DNA of 64,000 bases, from positions 7,812,001 through 7,876,000 of the forward strand of contig NW_027361869.1 in the NCBI RefSeq assembly GCF_039654945.1. The letters are read 5' to 3'. This stretch comes from Dendrobates tinctorius. Its lineage: Eukaryota. Every line of letters starts with the position of its first letter. Within the stretch, counting starts at the first letter, position 1. This document shows positions 39,944 to 54,325 of the stretch, one piece after another. A model generated the notes under the pieces. The model ran no database searches. It saw only the letters and a program-made list of their open reading frames with translations, and had not been told where the DNA came from. A program made the position numbers and the translations under genes.

Positions 39944-40115
39944 TTTTTTTTTAATGCACTTAATTGTTGTGTCAATATTTTAATAAAGGCATCTTTATTT
40001 AAAAAAATAAAAATTGTGCCATTTATTATTATCATTGTTATTATTTTTATCATTCATGTAGCATCTTTTTTATCCTGTGGGATTTCTCATTCCCATCCAT
40101 CTTTGAGTTATTTTT
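39581..40115 (+). mobile_element. AT-rich hammerhead-like/(TA)n insert, copy 3
   Basis: Near-identical to 23420-23957, with a small deletion and a longer (TA)n. Confidence 0.5.
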
Positions 40116-43100
40116 TCCTTGCAGAGCTGTATGATCAGTGCCACCACGTCCTCCGCTCAGGGCTACATGATCAGTGCCACCACCTTGTCCACGCAAAGCT
40201 GTATGATCAGTGCCACCACCTCATCCCTGCAGAGCTTTATGATTAGAGCCACCATCTTGTCCCCGCAGAGCTGTATGATCAGTGCCACCACCTCCTCCCT
40301 GCAGAGCTGTATGATTAGTACCTCCACCTAATCCTTGTAGAGCTTTAAGATCAGAGCCACCACCTTGTCCACGCTGAGCTATATGTTCAGTGCCACCACC
40401 TTGTCCCCGCAAAGCTGTATCATAAGTGCCACTACTTTGTCCGAGCAGAGCTGTATGATCAGTGCCATCAAATTGTCCACACAGAGCTGTATGATCAGTG
40501 CCACCATCTCCTCCCTGTAAAGCTGTATAATCAGTGCCACCACCTCCTCTCTGCAGAGCTGTATGATCAGTGCCACCACCTCATCCCTGCAGAGCTTTAT
40601 AATCAGTGCCACCACCTGGTCCTTGCAGAGCTGTATGATCAGTACCACCACCTTGTCGCCACAGAGGTGTATGATCAGTGTCACCAACTTTTCCCTGCAG
40701 AGCTGTATGATCAGTGCCACCACTTCATCCCTGCAGGGCTGTATGATCTGTGCTACTGAATCATCCCTGCAGAACTGCATGATCAGTGCCACGACCTCGT
40801 CACTGCAGAGCTGTATGATCAGTGCCACCACCTTGTCCCCACAAAGCTGTATCATAAGTGCCAACACTTTGTCCGAGCAGAGCTGTATGATCAGTGCCAT
40901 CAAATTGTCCCGGGAGAGCTGTATGATCAGTGCCACCACCTACTCCCTGCAGAGCTGTATGATCAGTGCCACCAACTCCTCCCTGCAAAGCTGTATAATC
41001 AGTGCCACCACCTCCTCTCTGCAGAGCTGTATGATCTGTGCCACCACCTCCTCCCTGCAAAGCAGTATGATTAGTGCCACCACCTCGTCACTGCAGAACT
41101 TTATGATCAGTGCCACCACCTATTCCCTTCAGAGCGGTATGATCAGTGCCACCACCTCCTCCCTGCAGAGCTGTATGATCAGTACCAGCACCTTGTCGCC
41201 ACAGACGTGTATAATCAGTGTCACCACCTTGTCCCTGTAGAGCTGTATGATCTGAGCCACTATCTCATCCCTGCAGACCTGTATGATCAGTGCCACCACA
41301 TCATCCCTGCAGAGCTTTATGATCAGTGCCACCATCTTGTCCCCGCAGAGCTGTATGATCAGTACCACCACCTTGTTGCTGCAGAGGTGTATGATCAGTG
41401 CCACCACCTCCTCCCTGCAGAGCTGTATGATCAGTACCAGCACCTCGTCGCCACAGACGTGTATAATCAGTGTCACCACCTTGTCCCCGCAGAGGTGTAT
41501 GATCAGTGCCACCACCTCCTCTCTGCAGAGCTGTATGATCAGTGCCACCACCTCATCCCTGCAGAGCTTTATGATCAGTGCCACCACCTGGTCCTTGCAG
41601 AGCTGTATGATCAGTACCATCACCTTGTCACCACAAAGGTGTATGATCAGTGTCACCAACTTTTCCCTGCAGAGCTCTATGATCAGTGCCACCCTTTCAT
41701 CCCTGCAGGGCTGTATGATCTGTGCTACTGAATCATCCCTGCAGAACTGCATGATCATTGCCACAACCTCGTCACTGCAGAGCTGTATGATCAGTGCCAC
41801 CACCTTGTAGCCGCAGAACTGTATAATCAGTGCCACCACCTTGTCACCACAAAGTTGTATGATCAGTGCCACCAGTTGGTCAGCACAGAGCTGTAAGATC
41901 AGTGCCACCGCCTACTCCTTGCAGAGCTGTATGATCATTGCCACCACCTAATCCCTGCAGAGCTATTTGATCAGTCCACCACATCATCCCCTCAGAGCTA
42001 TATGATCAGTGCCACCACCTTGTCCACGCAAAGCTGTATGATCAGTGCCACCACCTCCTCCCTGCAAAGCAGTATGATTAGTGCCACCAACTCGTCACTG
42101 CAGAACTTTATGATCAGTGCCACCACCTATTCCCTTCAGAGCTGTATGATCAGTACCACCACCTCCTCTCTGCAGAGCTGTATGATCAGTACCACCACCT
42201 TGTCGCCGCAGAGGTATATTATCAGTGTCACCACCTTGTCCCCGCAGAGCTGTATGATCAGTGCCACATCCTCATCCCTGCAGAGCTGTGTGATCTGTGC
42301 CACTACCTCATCCCTTCAGAGCTGTATGATCAGTGCCACTAACTCATACCTGCAGAGCTGTATGATCAGTGCCACAACCTCATCCCTGCATAACTGCATG
42401 ATCAGTGCCTCCAACTTATCCCTAAAGAGATGTATAATCAGTGCAACCACATTGTCCCCGCAAAGCTGTATGATCAGTGCCAACACCTCGTCCTTGCAGA
42501 GCTGTATGATCAGTGTCACCACCTCTTCCCTGCAGAGCTGCATTATCAGTGCCACCATCTTATCCACACAGAGCTGAATGATCAATGCCACCACATACTC
42601 CCTGCCGATCTGTAAGATCAGTGACACAACCTTGTCCCCACAGAGCTGTATGATCATTGCAACCACCTCATCCCTGCAGAGCTGAATCTTCAGTGCCACC
42701 ACCTCATACCTGCAGAGCTGTATGATCAGAGCCACTACCTTATCCCTGCAAACCAGGATGTTCAGTGCCAAAACCTCCTCCCTGTAGAGCTGTCTGATCA
42801 GTGCCACCACCTTGTCCGTGCTGAGCTGTATGTTCAGTGTCACCTCCTTTTCCCTTCAGACCTGTATGATCAGTGCCACCACCTTGTCACCGCAGAACTG
42901 TATAATCAGTGCCATCACCTTGTCACCGCAAAGTTGCATGATCAGTGCCACCAGTTGGTCAGCACAGAGCTGTATGATCAGTGCCACCACCTAATCCCTG
43001 CAGAGCTGTTTGATCAGTGCCACCACCTTGTCACCGCAGAACTGTATAATCAGTGCCATCACCTTGTCACCGCAAAGTTGCATGATCAGTGCCACCAGTT

Positions 43101-43787
43101 GGTCAGCACAGAGCTGTATGATCAGTGCCACCACCTCCTCCCTGTAGAGCTGTCTGATCAGTGCCACCACCTTGTCCGCGCTGAGCTGTATGTTCAGTGT
43201 CACCTCCTTTTCCCTTCAGACCTGTATGAACAGTGCCAGCACCTTGTCACCGCAGAACTGTATAATCAGTGCCATCACCTTGTCACCGCAAAGTTGCATG
43301 ATCAGTGCCACCAGTTGGTCAGCACAGAGCTGTATGATCAGTGCCACCAACTCCTCCCTGCAGAGCTGTATGATCAGTGCCACAACCTTTTCCCCGCAAA
43401 GCTGTAACATAAGTGCCACCACTTTGTCCCCGCAGAGCTGTATGATCAGTGCCACCACCTACTCCCTGCAAAGCTGTCTAATCAGTGCCACCACCACCTC
43501 TGCAGAGCTTTACGATCAGTGCCACCACCTGGTCCTCGCAGAGCTGTAGGATCCGTGCCACCACCTTGTCGCCGCAGAGGTGTATGATCAGTGCCACCAC
43601 CTCATCCCTGCAGGGCTGTATGATCTGTGCCACTACCTCCTCTCCTCCCTGCAGAGCTGTATGATCTGTGCCACTACCTCATCCCTGCCGAGCTGTATGA
43701 TCAGTGCCACAACCTCATCCCTGCAGAACTGCATGATCAGTGCCACCACCTCGTCACTACAGAGCTGTATGATCAGTCCACCATCTT

Positions 43788-43930
43788 GGCTGTTTGAGGA
43801 CACAAATCTGTGCGCGATCCACGCTAAGAGGGTCACCATCATGCCCAAAGATATCCAGCTAGCCCGCTGGATCCGTGGGGAGAGAGCTTAGATCTGTCCT
43901 GCTCACCTGACTGCAACACAAAGGCTCTTT
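43788..43930 (+). pseudogene. Histone H3 3' fragment with half stem-loop, copy 3
   Basis: Matches 50728-50870 and ends AAGGCTCTTT|CCAGCATC. Confidence 0.93.
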
Positions 43931-44129
43931 CCAGCATCAATGTGCTCTCCATCTGCATGCTATACCCCGTCCCCCATTTTTGGCCTGTATGATCAGTGCC
44001 ACCTCCTCCTCCCCCGCAGAGCTGTATGATCAGTGCCACCACTTCATCCCTGCAGAGTTCTATAATGAGTGCCACCACCTCGTCCCTGCTGACCTGTATG
44101 ATCGGTGCCACCACCTCGTCCCTGCAGAG

Positions 44130-44379
44130 TTCTTCAGTGTTTTGTTCTCTGGCTCCACTTCATTTCCTCTTCCTCTTGCTGTCTGGGTACCTCAGGGCTC
44201 AGTCCTTGGCCCCCATCTCTTCTCTCTCTATACAGCCCCAATTGGACAGACCATCAGCAAATTTGGCTTTCGGTACCATCTTTATGCTGATGACACACAA
44301 CTGTATACGTCTTCCCCTGACCTTACCCCTCTGTAATACAGAACGCCAGTGACTGTCTGTCCGCAGTCTCCAATATCAT
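44130..44379 (+). mobile_element. ~250-bp L2 RT fragment, copy 4
   Basis: Near-identical to 21837-22086. Confidence 0.85.
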
Positions 44380-47300
44380 CAGAACTGTATGATCAGTGCC
44401 ACCATCTATTCCCTGCAGAGCAGTATGACCAGTACTGCCAACACATCCCTGCAGACCTGTATGATCTGTACCACCACCTAGTCACCACAAAGAAGTATGA
44501 TCAGTGCCACCACCTCGCCCCTGCAGAGCTGTATGATTACTGCCACTGCCTCATCCCTGCAGAGCTGTATGATCAGTGCCACAACCTCATCCCTGCAGAA
44601 ATGGATGATCAGTGCCTCCAACTTATCCCTAAAGAGATGTATAATCAGTGCAACCACATTGTCCCCGTAACGATGTATGATCAGTGCAACCACCTTGTCT
44701 GTGCACGGCTGTATGATAAGTGCCAACACCTCGTCCCTACAGAGCTGTATGATTAGTGCCACCAACTTTTCCCTGCAGAGCTTTATGATCAGTGCCACCA
44801 CCTGGCCCTTGCAGAGCTCTATGATCAGTACCACCAACTTGTCGCCACAGAGGTGTATGATCAGTGTCACCACCTTGTCCCAGCAGAGCTGTAAGATCAG
44901 TGCCACTACCTCGTCCCTGCAGGGCTGTATGATCTGTGCCACTACCTCATCCCTGCAAAGATGTATGATTAGTGCCACCACCTCGTCACTGCAGAACTGT
45001 ATGATCAGTGCCACCACCTATTCCCTTCAGAGCTGTGTGATCAGTGCCACCACCTCCTCCCTGCAGAGCTGTATGATCAGTACCACCACCTTGTCGCCGC
45101 AGAGGTGAATGATCAGTGTCACCACCTTATCCCCGCAGAGCTGTATGATCAGTGCCACAACCTCATGCCTGCAGAACCGCATGATCAGTGCCTCCAACTT
45201 ATCCCTAAATAGATATATAATCAGTGCAACCACATTGTCCCCGCAAAGCTGTATGATCAGTGCCAACACCTCATCCTTGCAGAATTGTATGATCAGTGTC
45301 ACCACCTCTTCCCTGCAGAGCTGTATGATCAGTGCCACCAACTCCTCCCTGCTGAGCTGTATGATCAGTGCCACCACCTCCTCCCTGCAGAGCTGTATGA
45401 TCAGTGCCACCACCTCATCCCTGCAGAGCTGTATGATCAGTGCCACAACCTCATCTCTGCAGAACCGCATGATCAGTGCCTCCAACTTATCCCTAAAGAG
45501 ATATATAATCAATGCAACCACATTGTCCCCGCAAAACTGTATGATCAGTGCCAACACATCATCCTTGCAGAGCTTTATGATCAGTGTCACCACCTCTTCC
45601 CTGCAGAGCTGTATGATCAGTGCCACCAACACCTCCCTGCAGAGCTGTATGATCAGTGCCACCATTTTATCCACACAGAGCTGTATGATCAGTGCCACCA
45701 CCTACTCCCTGCAGATCTGTGTGATCAGTGCCACTACCTCCTCCCCGCAGAACTGTATGATCAGTGCACCACCTCATCCCTGCAGAGCTGTAAGATCAGT
45801 GACACAACCTTGTCCCTACAGAGCCTTATGATCAGTGCCACCGCCTCCTCCCCACAGAGGTGTATGATCAGTGCAACCACCTCCTCCCTGTAGAGCTGTC
45901 TGATCAGTACCAACACCTTGTCCAAGCTGAGCTGTATGTTCAGTGCCACCACCTTTTCCCTGCAGAGCTGTATGTTCAGCGCCACCACCTCCTCCCTGCA
46001 GAGCTGTATGATCAGTACCACCACCTTGTCCCCGCACAGCTGTATGATCAGTGCCACAACCTCATCCTTGCAGAACCGCATGATCAGTGCCTCCAACTTA
46101 TCCCTAAAGAGATTTATAATCAGTGCAACCACATTGTCCCCGCAAAGCTGTATGATCAGTTCCAACACCTCATCCTTGCAGAGCTGTATGATCAGTGCCA
46201 CCAACTCCTCCCTGCAGAGCTGTATTATCATTGCCACCATCTTATCCACACAGAGCTGTATGATCAGTGCCACCACCTGATCCCCGCAGAACTGTATGAT
46301 CAGTGCCACCACCTCATCCCTGCAGAGCTTTAAGATCAGTGACACAACCTTGTACCTGCAGAGCCTTATGATCAGTGCAACCACCTCATCCCTGCAGAGC
46401 TGTATCTTCAGTGCCATCACCTCATCCCTGCAGAGGTGTATGATCAGTGCCACTACCTCATCCCTGCAAGCAAGTATGTACAGTGCCAACACCTCCTCCC
46501 TGTAGAGCTGTCTGATCAGTGCCACCACCTTGTCCGCGCTGAGCTGTATGTTCAGTGCCACCACCGTTTCCCTGCAGAGCTGCTTGTGCAGTGCCACCAC
46601 CTTTCCATGCAGAGCTGTATGATCAGTACTACCACGTTGTCGCCGCAGAACTGTATAATCAGTGCCACCACATTGTCACCGCAAAGCTGTATGATCAGTG
46701 CCATCAGTTGGTCAGCACAGAGCTGTATGATCAGTACCACCACCTAGTCCCCGCAGAGCTGTATGATCAGTGCCACCGCCTACTCCTTGCAGAGCTGTAA
46801 GATCAGTGCCACCACCTAATCCCTGCAGAGCTATTTGACCAGTGCCACCACCTCGTCCCTGCAGAGATGTATGATGAGTGCTACCACCTCATCCCTGCAG
46901 ACCTGTATGATCAGTGCCACCACATCATCCCTGCAGAGCTTTATGATCAGTGCCACCATCTTGTCCCCGCAGAGCTGTATGATCAGTACCACCACCTTGT
47001 TGCTGCAGAGGTGTATGATCAGTGTCACCAACTTTTCCCTGCAGAGCTGTATGATCAGTGCAACCACCTCATCCAGGCACAGCTGTATGATCAGTGCCAC
47101 TACCTCATCCCTGCAAACCAGTATGTTCAGTGCCACAACCTCCTCCATGTAGAGCTGTCTGATCAGTGCTACCATCTTGTCCGCGCTGAGCTGTATGTTC
47201 AGTGCCACCACCTTTTACCTGCAGACCTGTATGATCAGTGCCACCACCTTGTCGCCGCAAAGTTGTATGATCAGTGCCACCGCCAACTCCTTGCAGAGCT

Positions 47301-48874
47301 GTACGATCAGTGCCACCACCGAATCCCTGCAGAGCTATTTGATCAGTGCCACCACGTCATCCCCTCAGAGCTTTATGATCAGTGCCACCATCTTGTCCCC
47401 GTAGAGCTGTATGATCAGTGCCACCACCTCCTCCCTGCAGAGCTGTATGATTAGTACCACCACCTCATCCTTGTAGAGCTGTATTATCACTGCCACCACC
47501 TTGTCCCCGCAAAGCTGTAACATAAGTGCCACCACATTGTCCGAGCAGAGCTGCATGATCAGTGCCACCACCTCCTCTCTGCATAGCTGTATGATAAGTG
47601 CCACCACCTGGTCCTTGCAGAGCTGTATGATCAGTACCAACACCTTGTCCCCGCAGAGCTGTATGATCAGTGCCACCACCTTGTCGCCGCAGAGGTGTAT
47701 TATCAGTGTCACCACCTTGTCCCCGCAGAGCTGTATGATCAGTGCCACCTCCTCATTCCTGCAGAGCTGTATGATCAGTGCCACCACCTCCTCCCTGAAA
47801 AGCAGTATGATTAGTGCTACCAACTCGTCACTGCAGAACTTTATGATCAGTGCCACCACACATTCCCTTCAGAGCTGTATGATCAGTGCCACCACCTCCT
47901 CTCTGCAGAGCTGTATGATCAGTACCACCACCTTGTCGCCGCAGAGCTGTATGATCAGTGCCACAACCTCATCCCTGCAGAGCTGTATGATCAGTGCCAC
48001 AACCTCATCCCTGCAGAGCTGTATGATCAGTGCCACCACCTCGTCCCTGCACACCTGTATCATCAGTGCCACCACATCATCCCTGCAGAGCTTTATGATC
48101 AGTGCCACCACCTCATCCCTATACAGCTGTGCTCTGTGTGTAGAAATTGCATTTTGTGTCTCCTCTTTTCTCCCAATATTCCCCTTTTGCACAATAGTTG
48201 GGTCACATAAATCCAGGAATATCTCACAGTTTTCTCCCCGGAGATGCGTCTGGTTGGGGAGTGAGTCGCATTATGAAGCTGCCCCTTATCAGTTCTCTTC
48301 CACCATTACAGGCCTCAGCGGTCACAGCTCCACAATGGGTGAGACCAGATTTTAGCAGGTCATTGCAATCAGCCGCCGATGTGGATCATCTCCTGATGTG
48401 GAGCATCTGTCACCCCCAATACTCCGCACATACGGGGTACAGGGAGGTCACAGGTCAGGGAGGCGGCAGTCAGCGGAGCCATCGCCTGTGTTACCCTTCT
48501 GGGCTCTCAGCAGCTCCAGGTCGTCGCCACATCGTACAATCAGCGTCCTGTACGATAGACATTGTAGTAAAGATCCCTGTGATGGTGACAGGAGCCGGGA
48601 ACAGGAGGAACGAGTTCCCCCAGCAGATGTATCTTCCCGGATACACAGCGATGTGCAGATCTGGAGGACGACGGCGATGATCCCGGGACCTCCTCTCCGC
48701 TCTTCCCCGGCGTCTCTGCTAGTGACAGCTACAGACGGTCGGTGGAGAAGATGGCGAAGAAGAAGCGGCGGAGGAAGCGCGCTCTGCTGTCCGGTGTCAG
48801 CCGGTAAAGGGCTTTTATTCCGGGCAGGGAAGCACAAGGGGAGAGCGGAGCTTCACTCGTTCTCAGCTGGGAAG

Positions 48875-48965
48875 AGGCGGGGCATGTATGCAGTGTCAGC
48901 CAATAGATGCTCAGGACGGTGTAGCTCAGCAGCCAATCAGTGCACAGTAAGCCTGTACATATAAC
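48875..48965 (+). promoter_or_regulatory. H1 proximal promoter (GC box, two CCAAT boxes, TATA)
   Basis: GAGGCGGGG at 48875, CCAAT at 48900 and 48933, ATATAA at about 48959. Confidence 0.75.
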
Positions 48966-49035
48966 AGACTCCTCCAGCTCCGGCCTTAGTGTTTTCCTAT
49001 CGGGAGATTTTTGTGTTTTGGCTCCGTAGCACAGG

Positions 49036-49653
49036 ATGGCAGAGACCGCGCCAGCCGCCGCTCCCCCTCCCGCAGAACCGGCTGCCAAGTCCAAGAAGCA
49101 GCCAAAGAAATCCGCCGCCAAGAGCAGCAAGAAATCCTCCGGTCCTGGCGTCTCCGAGCTGATCGTGAAAGCCGTGTCAGCCTCTAAGGAGCGCAGTGGG
49201 GTGTCTCTGGCCGCCCTGAAGAAGGCGCTGTCTGCCGGAGGGTACGATGTAGAGAAGAACAACAGCCGCCTGAAGCTGGCCGTCAGGTCTCTGGTCACCA
49301 AGGGCACCCTCCTCCAGGTGAAGGGCAGCGGCGCCTCCGGGTCCTTCAAACTCAACAAGAAGCAGGAGACTAAAGTGGCCAAGAAGTCAGCAGCCAAGCC
49401 CAAGAAACCCGTTGCTGCTAAGAAAGCCGCCAAATCTCCGAAGAAGCCCAAGAAGGCTCTGACCACGGCCAAGAAGAGCCCGAAAAAGGCCAAGAAGCCC
49501 GCAGCTGCCAAGAAAGCGGCCAAGAGCCCCAAGAAGTCGAAAGCCGCTCCCAAGCCTAAGAAGGCGACGAAGAGTCCGGCTAAAAAGGCGGCCAAACCTA
49601 AAGCTGCCAAGAGTCCGGCTAAGAAAGCCAAGAAGCCCGCGGCCAAGAAATAA
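49036..49653 (+). CDS. H1: Histone H1, replication-dependent, 205 aa
   Basis: MAETAPAA..., globular domain ([25 protein letters not shown]...GASGSFKL), K/A/P-rich tail with KSPKK motifs; intronless; 3' stem-loop. Confidence 0.98.
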   Translation: MAETAPAAAPPPAEPAAKSKKQPKKSAAKSSKKSSGPGVSELIVKAVSASKERSGVSLAALKKALSAGGYDVEKNNSRLKLAVRSLVTKGTLLQVKGSGASGSFKLNKKQETKVAKKSAAKPKKPVAAKKAAKSPKKPKKALTTAKKSPKKAKKPAAAKKAAKSPKKSKAAPKPKKATKSPAKKAAKPKAAKSPAKKAKKPAAKK

Positions 49654-49680
49654 GTTGCGGACCCAGTTATTTTACACAAA

Positions 49681-49721
49681 GGCTCTTTTCAGAGCCACCA
49701 CCCTGTCCCCGCAGAGCTGTA
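49681..49721 (+). terminator. H1 3' stem-loop and histone downstream element (HDE)
   Basis: AAA-GGCTCTTTTCAGAGCC (49681-49696)-ACCA, then AGAGCTGTA at 49713-49721. Confidence 0.95.
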
Positions 49722-49948
49722 TGATCGGTGCCACCACCCTGTCCTCGTAGAGCTGTATGATCAGTGCCACCACCCTGTCCCCGCAGAGCTGTATGATCTG
49801 AGCCACCACCCTGTCCCCACAGAGCTGTATGATCAGTGCCTCCACCTCCTCCCCGCAGAGCTGTATGATCAGTGCCACCACCCTGTCCCCGCAGAGCTGT
49901 ATGATCAGTGCCTCCACCTCCTCCCCGCAGAGCTGTATGATCGGTGCC
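49689..49948 (+). repeat. 7.2-unit 36-bp array starting inside the H1 stem-loop
   Basis: Unit 1 is TCAGAGCCACCACCCTGTCCCCGCAGAGCTGTATGA (49689-49724); the period is exactly 36 up to 49941. Confidence 0.96.
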
Positions 49949-50259
49949 TTCAGGTGACAGTTCTGTGTAATGGAGGGAAGGGGCCGATGTGCAGCAGAAA
50001 TCACGTTACTTCCATCATCCTAATTATCACCACCTGTAACCCACATCTTAGTAAGAGTGGTGTGAGGTTATAACTCCGATGTGAGAGTTGGAGCGTCAGT
50101 GACTGATTATAGAGGAGCTGCTGTACCGCTCTGGGTACTGGGAATATAGAATCGGAGCTTCCGCTGTAGAAGCCGCCTGGAGATTGGATGTGACCCTGTG
50201 TATCAGAGCAGTGGGTGATAGCTGAACTGTGAGTCAGGTTGAGCCTTCTCTGTACAGTG

Positions 50260-50831
<572 letters not shown>

Positions 50832-50862
50832 ATCTGTCCTGCCCACCTGACTGCAACACAAA

Positions 50863-50903
50863 GGCTCTTTTCAGAGCCACCCAATCCTCCCTCAAGAAGA
50901 GCG
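50863..50903 (+). terminator. H3 3' stem-loop and HDE
   Basis: GGCTCTTTTCAGAGCC (50863-50878), ACCCA, then purine-rich AAGAAGAGCG. Confidence 0.93.
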
Positions 50904-51719
50904 AATTCCTGACATTTAATACTGCCGGCTTTGCTACCAACCATGGTCCTGATCATGCTCGTGGTGGTGAGGCTGGTAGTTTTGCTACCCCTGCTGATGC
51001 TGGCATGGCAGGTGGTGCAAATGACCTTTTTTGGGGTTATGGGCAGAGTATTAAAAAACAACTAGACTTGAGAAGGCCTAACAGATGGACAGGCAACTTC
51101 CATCATGTTGGTGTTACTGTTAATAGTCGCCGGCCTTCTGTCTGCGGCAACCACACTGCTTCTTCCTGGCTGTTGGGGCGCTATGCCTCCCTCCCCCTAT
51201 GCTGCTGTCCTCACTTTGCATGTCCTCCTGCTAGCTTGGGTCAGTTACTATATCATCCACCACTTCATCCTGCTAAACACTGTCTCTTGTGCCTCCTTCG
51301 AGCCTGCCACCTGGTTCCAGCAGTCATGGTACTTTATTTCCCAGGGCGTTCTGATGCTTCCTGTATCCCTGGGTGGTCCTTACCAGGTCAGCTCGCCCAG
51401 GGTGGGTTGGAATCATGGCCCAGAGGGTCCACTCCAGGAGTCCTCACACGAACAAGGGTGGGTGGTTTTGCTGGGCGTAAAATACTGGTTATGGAAAAGG
51501 TTGAGGTGTAACCCACAGGGCAACATGTTTGCCAGCCAACACACTTAGTGTATGGGCATTACAAGTCTAGGAGATCTGGTTCTTTTTTTAATGAGACATT
51601 TTTTAAAAGGCCCTCTATATTTTATTCCAAGGGGGGATTGGAGTTATTGGGGTGCATATGACTTGGTAGCAGGGCAGGCCTTGCCGTGAATCCATAATAC
51701 ATGAGGGTGTGCACGAATA

Positions 51720-52070
51720 TATGGGGAGTATACAGCACTGTATGGATACAGGATATTCAACTATAAAATACTATATGTTGGATTATCAGCACTATATGGA
51801 GATATATAATACTACTTGAAGGGTATACTGCACAATGTGTCCGTATACAACAGTATTTGGCAGCTTACAGCACTATATGGGGGTATACAGCCACATATGA
51901 TGTTATATAGAACAATATGGAGGGCCCACAGCACTTTGTGCAGAGTATTCAGCAATATGTAGGTATCAGCACTACCTTATGCTCATGTCACTATATGGAG
52001 GGTATCCAGCACTATGTGAGCCTATACATACAATAGCTATTTGGGGTTTACAGCACTATATGGGGGTATT
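51720..52070. repeat. Degenerate ~20-bp minisatellite (TACAGCACTATATGGGGG-like)
   Basis: Recurrent CAGCACTATATGG/CAGCACTGTATGG variants; similar units resume after the CR1 fragment at about 52310-52400. Confidence 0.6.
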
Positions 52071-52084
52071 CTGTAGATGATTCT

Positions 52085-52260
52085 GAATGGGAGGAGACAC
52101 GGATTAGATATTAAAGAGAACTTTTTGACAGTGAGGATGATCAATAAGTGGAACAGGCTGCCACTGGAGGTGTTGAGTTCTCCTTCAATGGAAGTCTTCA
52201 AACAGAGGCTGGACAGACATCCGTCTGGGAGGATTTAATGAATCTTGCACTGAGCTGGAA
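52085..52260 (+). mobile_element. CR1 LINE 3'-end fragment
   Basis: Translates as ENFLTVRMINKWNRLPLEVLSSPSMEVFKQRLDRH, the typical CR1 ORF2 C-terminus. Confidence 0.8.
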
Positions 52261-52728
52261 CATTCCATGATTCAGGCTTATATAGAACAGATGCTCTCGG
52301 ATTTGTGTCTGCAGCACTAGATGGGGAGTATACAGCACACGTAGGCTTTGTAGTGCTGTATACCACCCAGTAGGTGGTATGGAGGATGTGCAGCACCGTA
52401 CGGGGTGTGTATACATTGCCTGCAGCTCCAGGGCTGATCAGTCTCAACTCCACTTCCAGCAGTGATCGGAGCGGACCCCACACGGAGACCCGGTAACGTT
52501 ATATCTGGGCGTCTCCGTGTGGGGTCCGCACTGATCACAGGAGGCCGCATCTAGCACAGATCGGATGATACAATCCGCACATGTTCTACCAGGAGGAGCC
52601 CGATGTGCTGAGCGCTGCCGGGAGAACACGTGTACATGAGGAGCAGCAGGTAGAAGGGCAATAAGGAGTTAAACGGAGGAGGAAGCACGTCTATCGATTG
52701 GTCGGTTCCTGTGGGCGGAGCTTTATAA

Positions 52729-52753
52729 CCGTTTGATGGTTTGAATCTCCCGC
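52729..52753 (+). promoter_or_regulatory. Composite MYB-like/CHR/E2F element in the H3-H4 spacer
   Basis: CCGTT-TGATGG-TTTGAA-TCTCCCGC, with ATTGG and GGGCGG just upstream. Confidence 0.55.
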
Positions 52754-53893
52754 TCAGTCGTGCTCTCGGCCCTCGATCATTAACCCTTCAGTGACTGTTC
52801 TCTGCTTGTGGAAGAGACATCATTTCCCAATCACTGTCAGGAGTAAGCGGCCATTATACCTGCAGATCATGTGGTAAAGTGAGATTGTATTAACCCCTCA
52901 ATCCCCAGAACGGTGGCCGCTGCTCATTATCTCACCAACCACATTTATGCAGTTATCTTGTATGCGAGACTTTTTCTCCTCTGGAGGGATGGCGCTCTCC
53001 GCACTCAGAAATACACAGGCTCCGGAGCCGCCTCATCTCCAGTCCTCGCTATGGTCCGCCAGGCTCGGATGACGGCGCTGTACATTCGGGGTGCGGACTC
53101 TGTTCTCTCTTCTGGCTCCGACTACTGATAAATAGGATAAGACACCAGAAACCTCCCCGTCATGAGGGGAACGAGCCGCTAATGTCCGGCTGCGGGGAGG
53201 GAGCGGCTTCATCCATCAGCCCGAGCACAGGAGACCGCTGCCGGCTGTAGCTCCAGTCCATGTTATTAGGAGCAGTCAGGAGGTCACAATCAGTGGCCAC
53301 ATGTAGATGGTAAATGAGGAGGGTGGTAGTGATGAGATGCAGGCGCTGGACATACCGGGGAGCCGCCACTAACAAGGGGGAGCAGTTACCGGTACAGGAT
53401 GTGACCGCTCCTCACTGGATTTACACCAATCCTGAGAAATAGGATCTGACCAGACTCCATCACCGCAGTCATCAAATATCAGGAATTGTAGAACACATGT
53501 GGGCGGCTCTGATAGGAGCCTTTGGGGGAGGCGCATCTATCCAGCGACAATCCCCGGGAGTATTCGCTGCCTCCTGACACACACACTGATCTGATCAGGA
53601 AGACCTGTAGCAGAATCACTTTCATCTCACGGCAGAACTTGGATTTCTGCTCTGTAGTGACCACATCACAGCGAGGTATGTACTGTGGTGCAGAGATGTC
53701 TGTGCTGCACAGTGCGGATATACTGTATGCCCCCAGAACCTGGCAGCTGTATATTATAGATCAAGGAGAATAAACCACATCACCCCAAGTCCGCGGTGCC
53801 AGCTCCAGTATGGAAGGAGGAAAGTGCAAGACACATGCCAGGCTGTGACAACTAGTATACTTACAGGCACCAGATTGCAGGAATAGGAAATCG

Positions 53894-53935
53894 TAGCCTC
53901 TCAGGTAGAAGATGTGGGTGGCTCTGAAAAGAGCC
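53894..53935 (-). terminator. H4 3' stem-loop and HDE
   Basis: Minus strand GGCTCTTTTCAGAGCC (53935-53920), ACCCA, then GAGAGGCT. Confidence 0.92.
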
Positions 53936-53965
53936 TTTGGGTTATCAGCACAGAAAAGAATACAA

Positions 53966-54304
<339 letters not shown>

Positions 54305-54325
54305 CTAAAACCGAACGACCCCTCC

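Noticed and set aside
43580-43891. Chimeric ORF of satellite peptide plus H3 C-terminus
   Set aside because: Chance frame continuity at a relic junction; there is no promoter, the stem-loop is broken, and the other two copies are not fused this way.
48729-49679. 316-aa minus-strand ORF, and similar antisense ORFs over H3, H4, H2A and H2B
   Set aside because: Antisense shadows of codon-biased histone genes.
51005-51548. Two overlapping ORFs (168 and 147 aa) downstream of H3
   Set aside because: No recognisable domain; cannot be supported without a database search.
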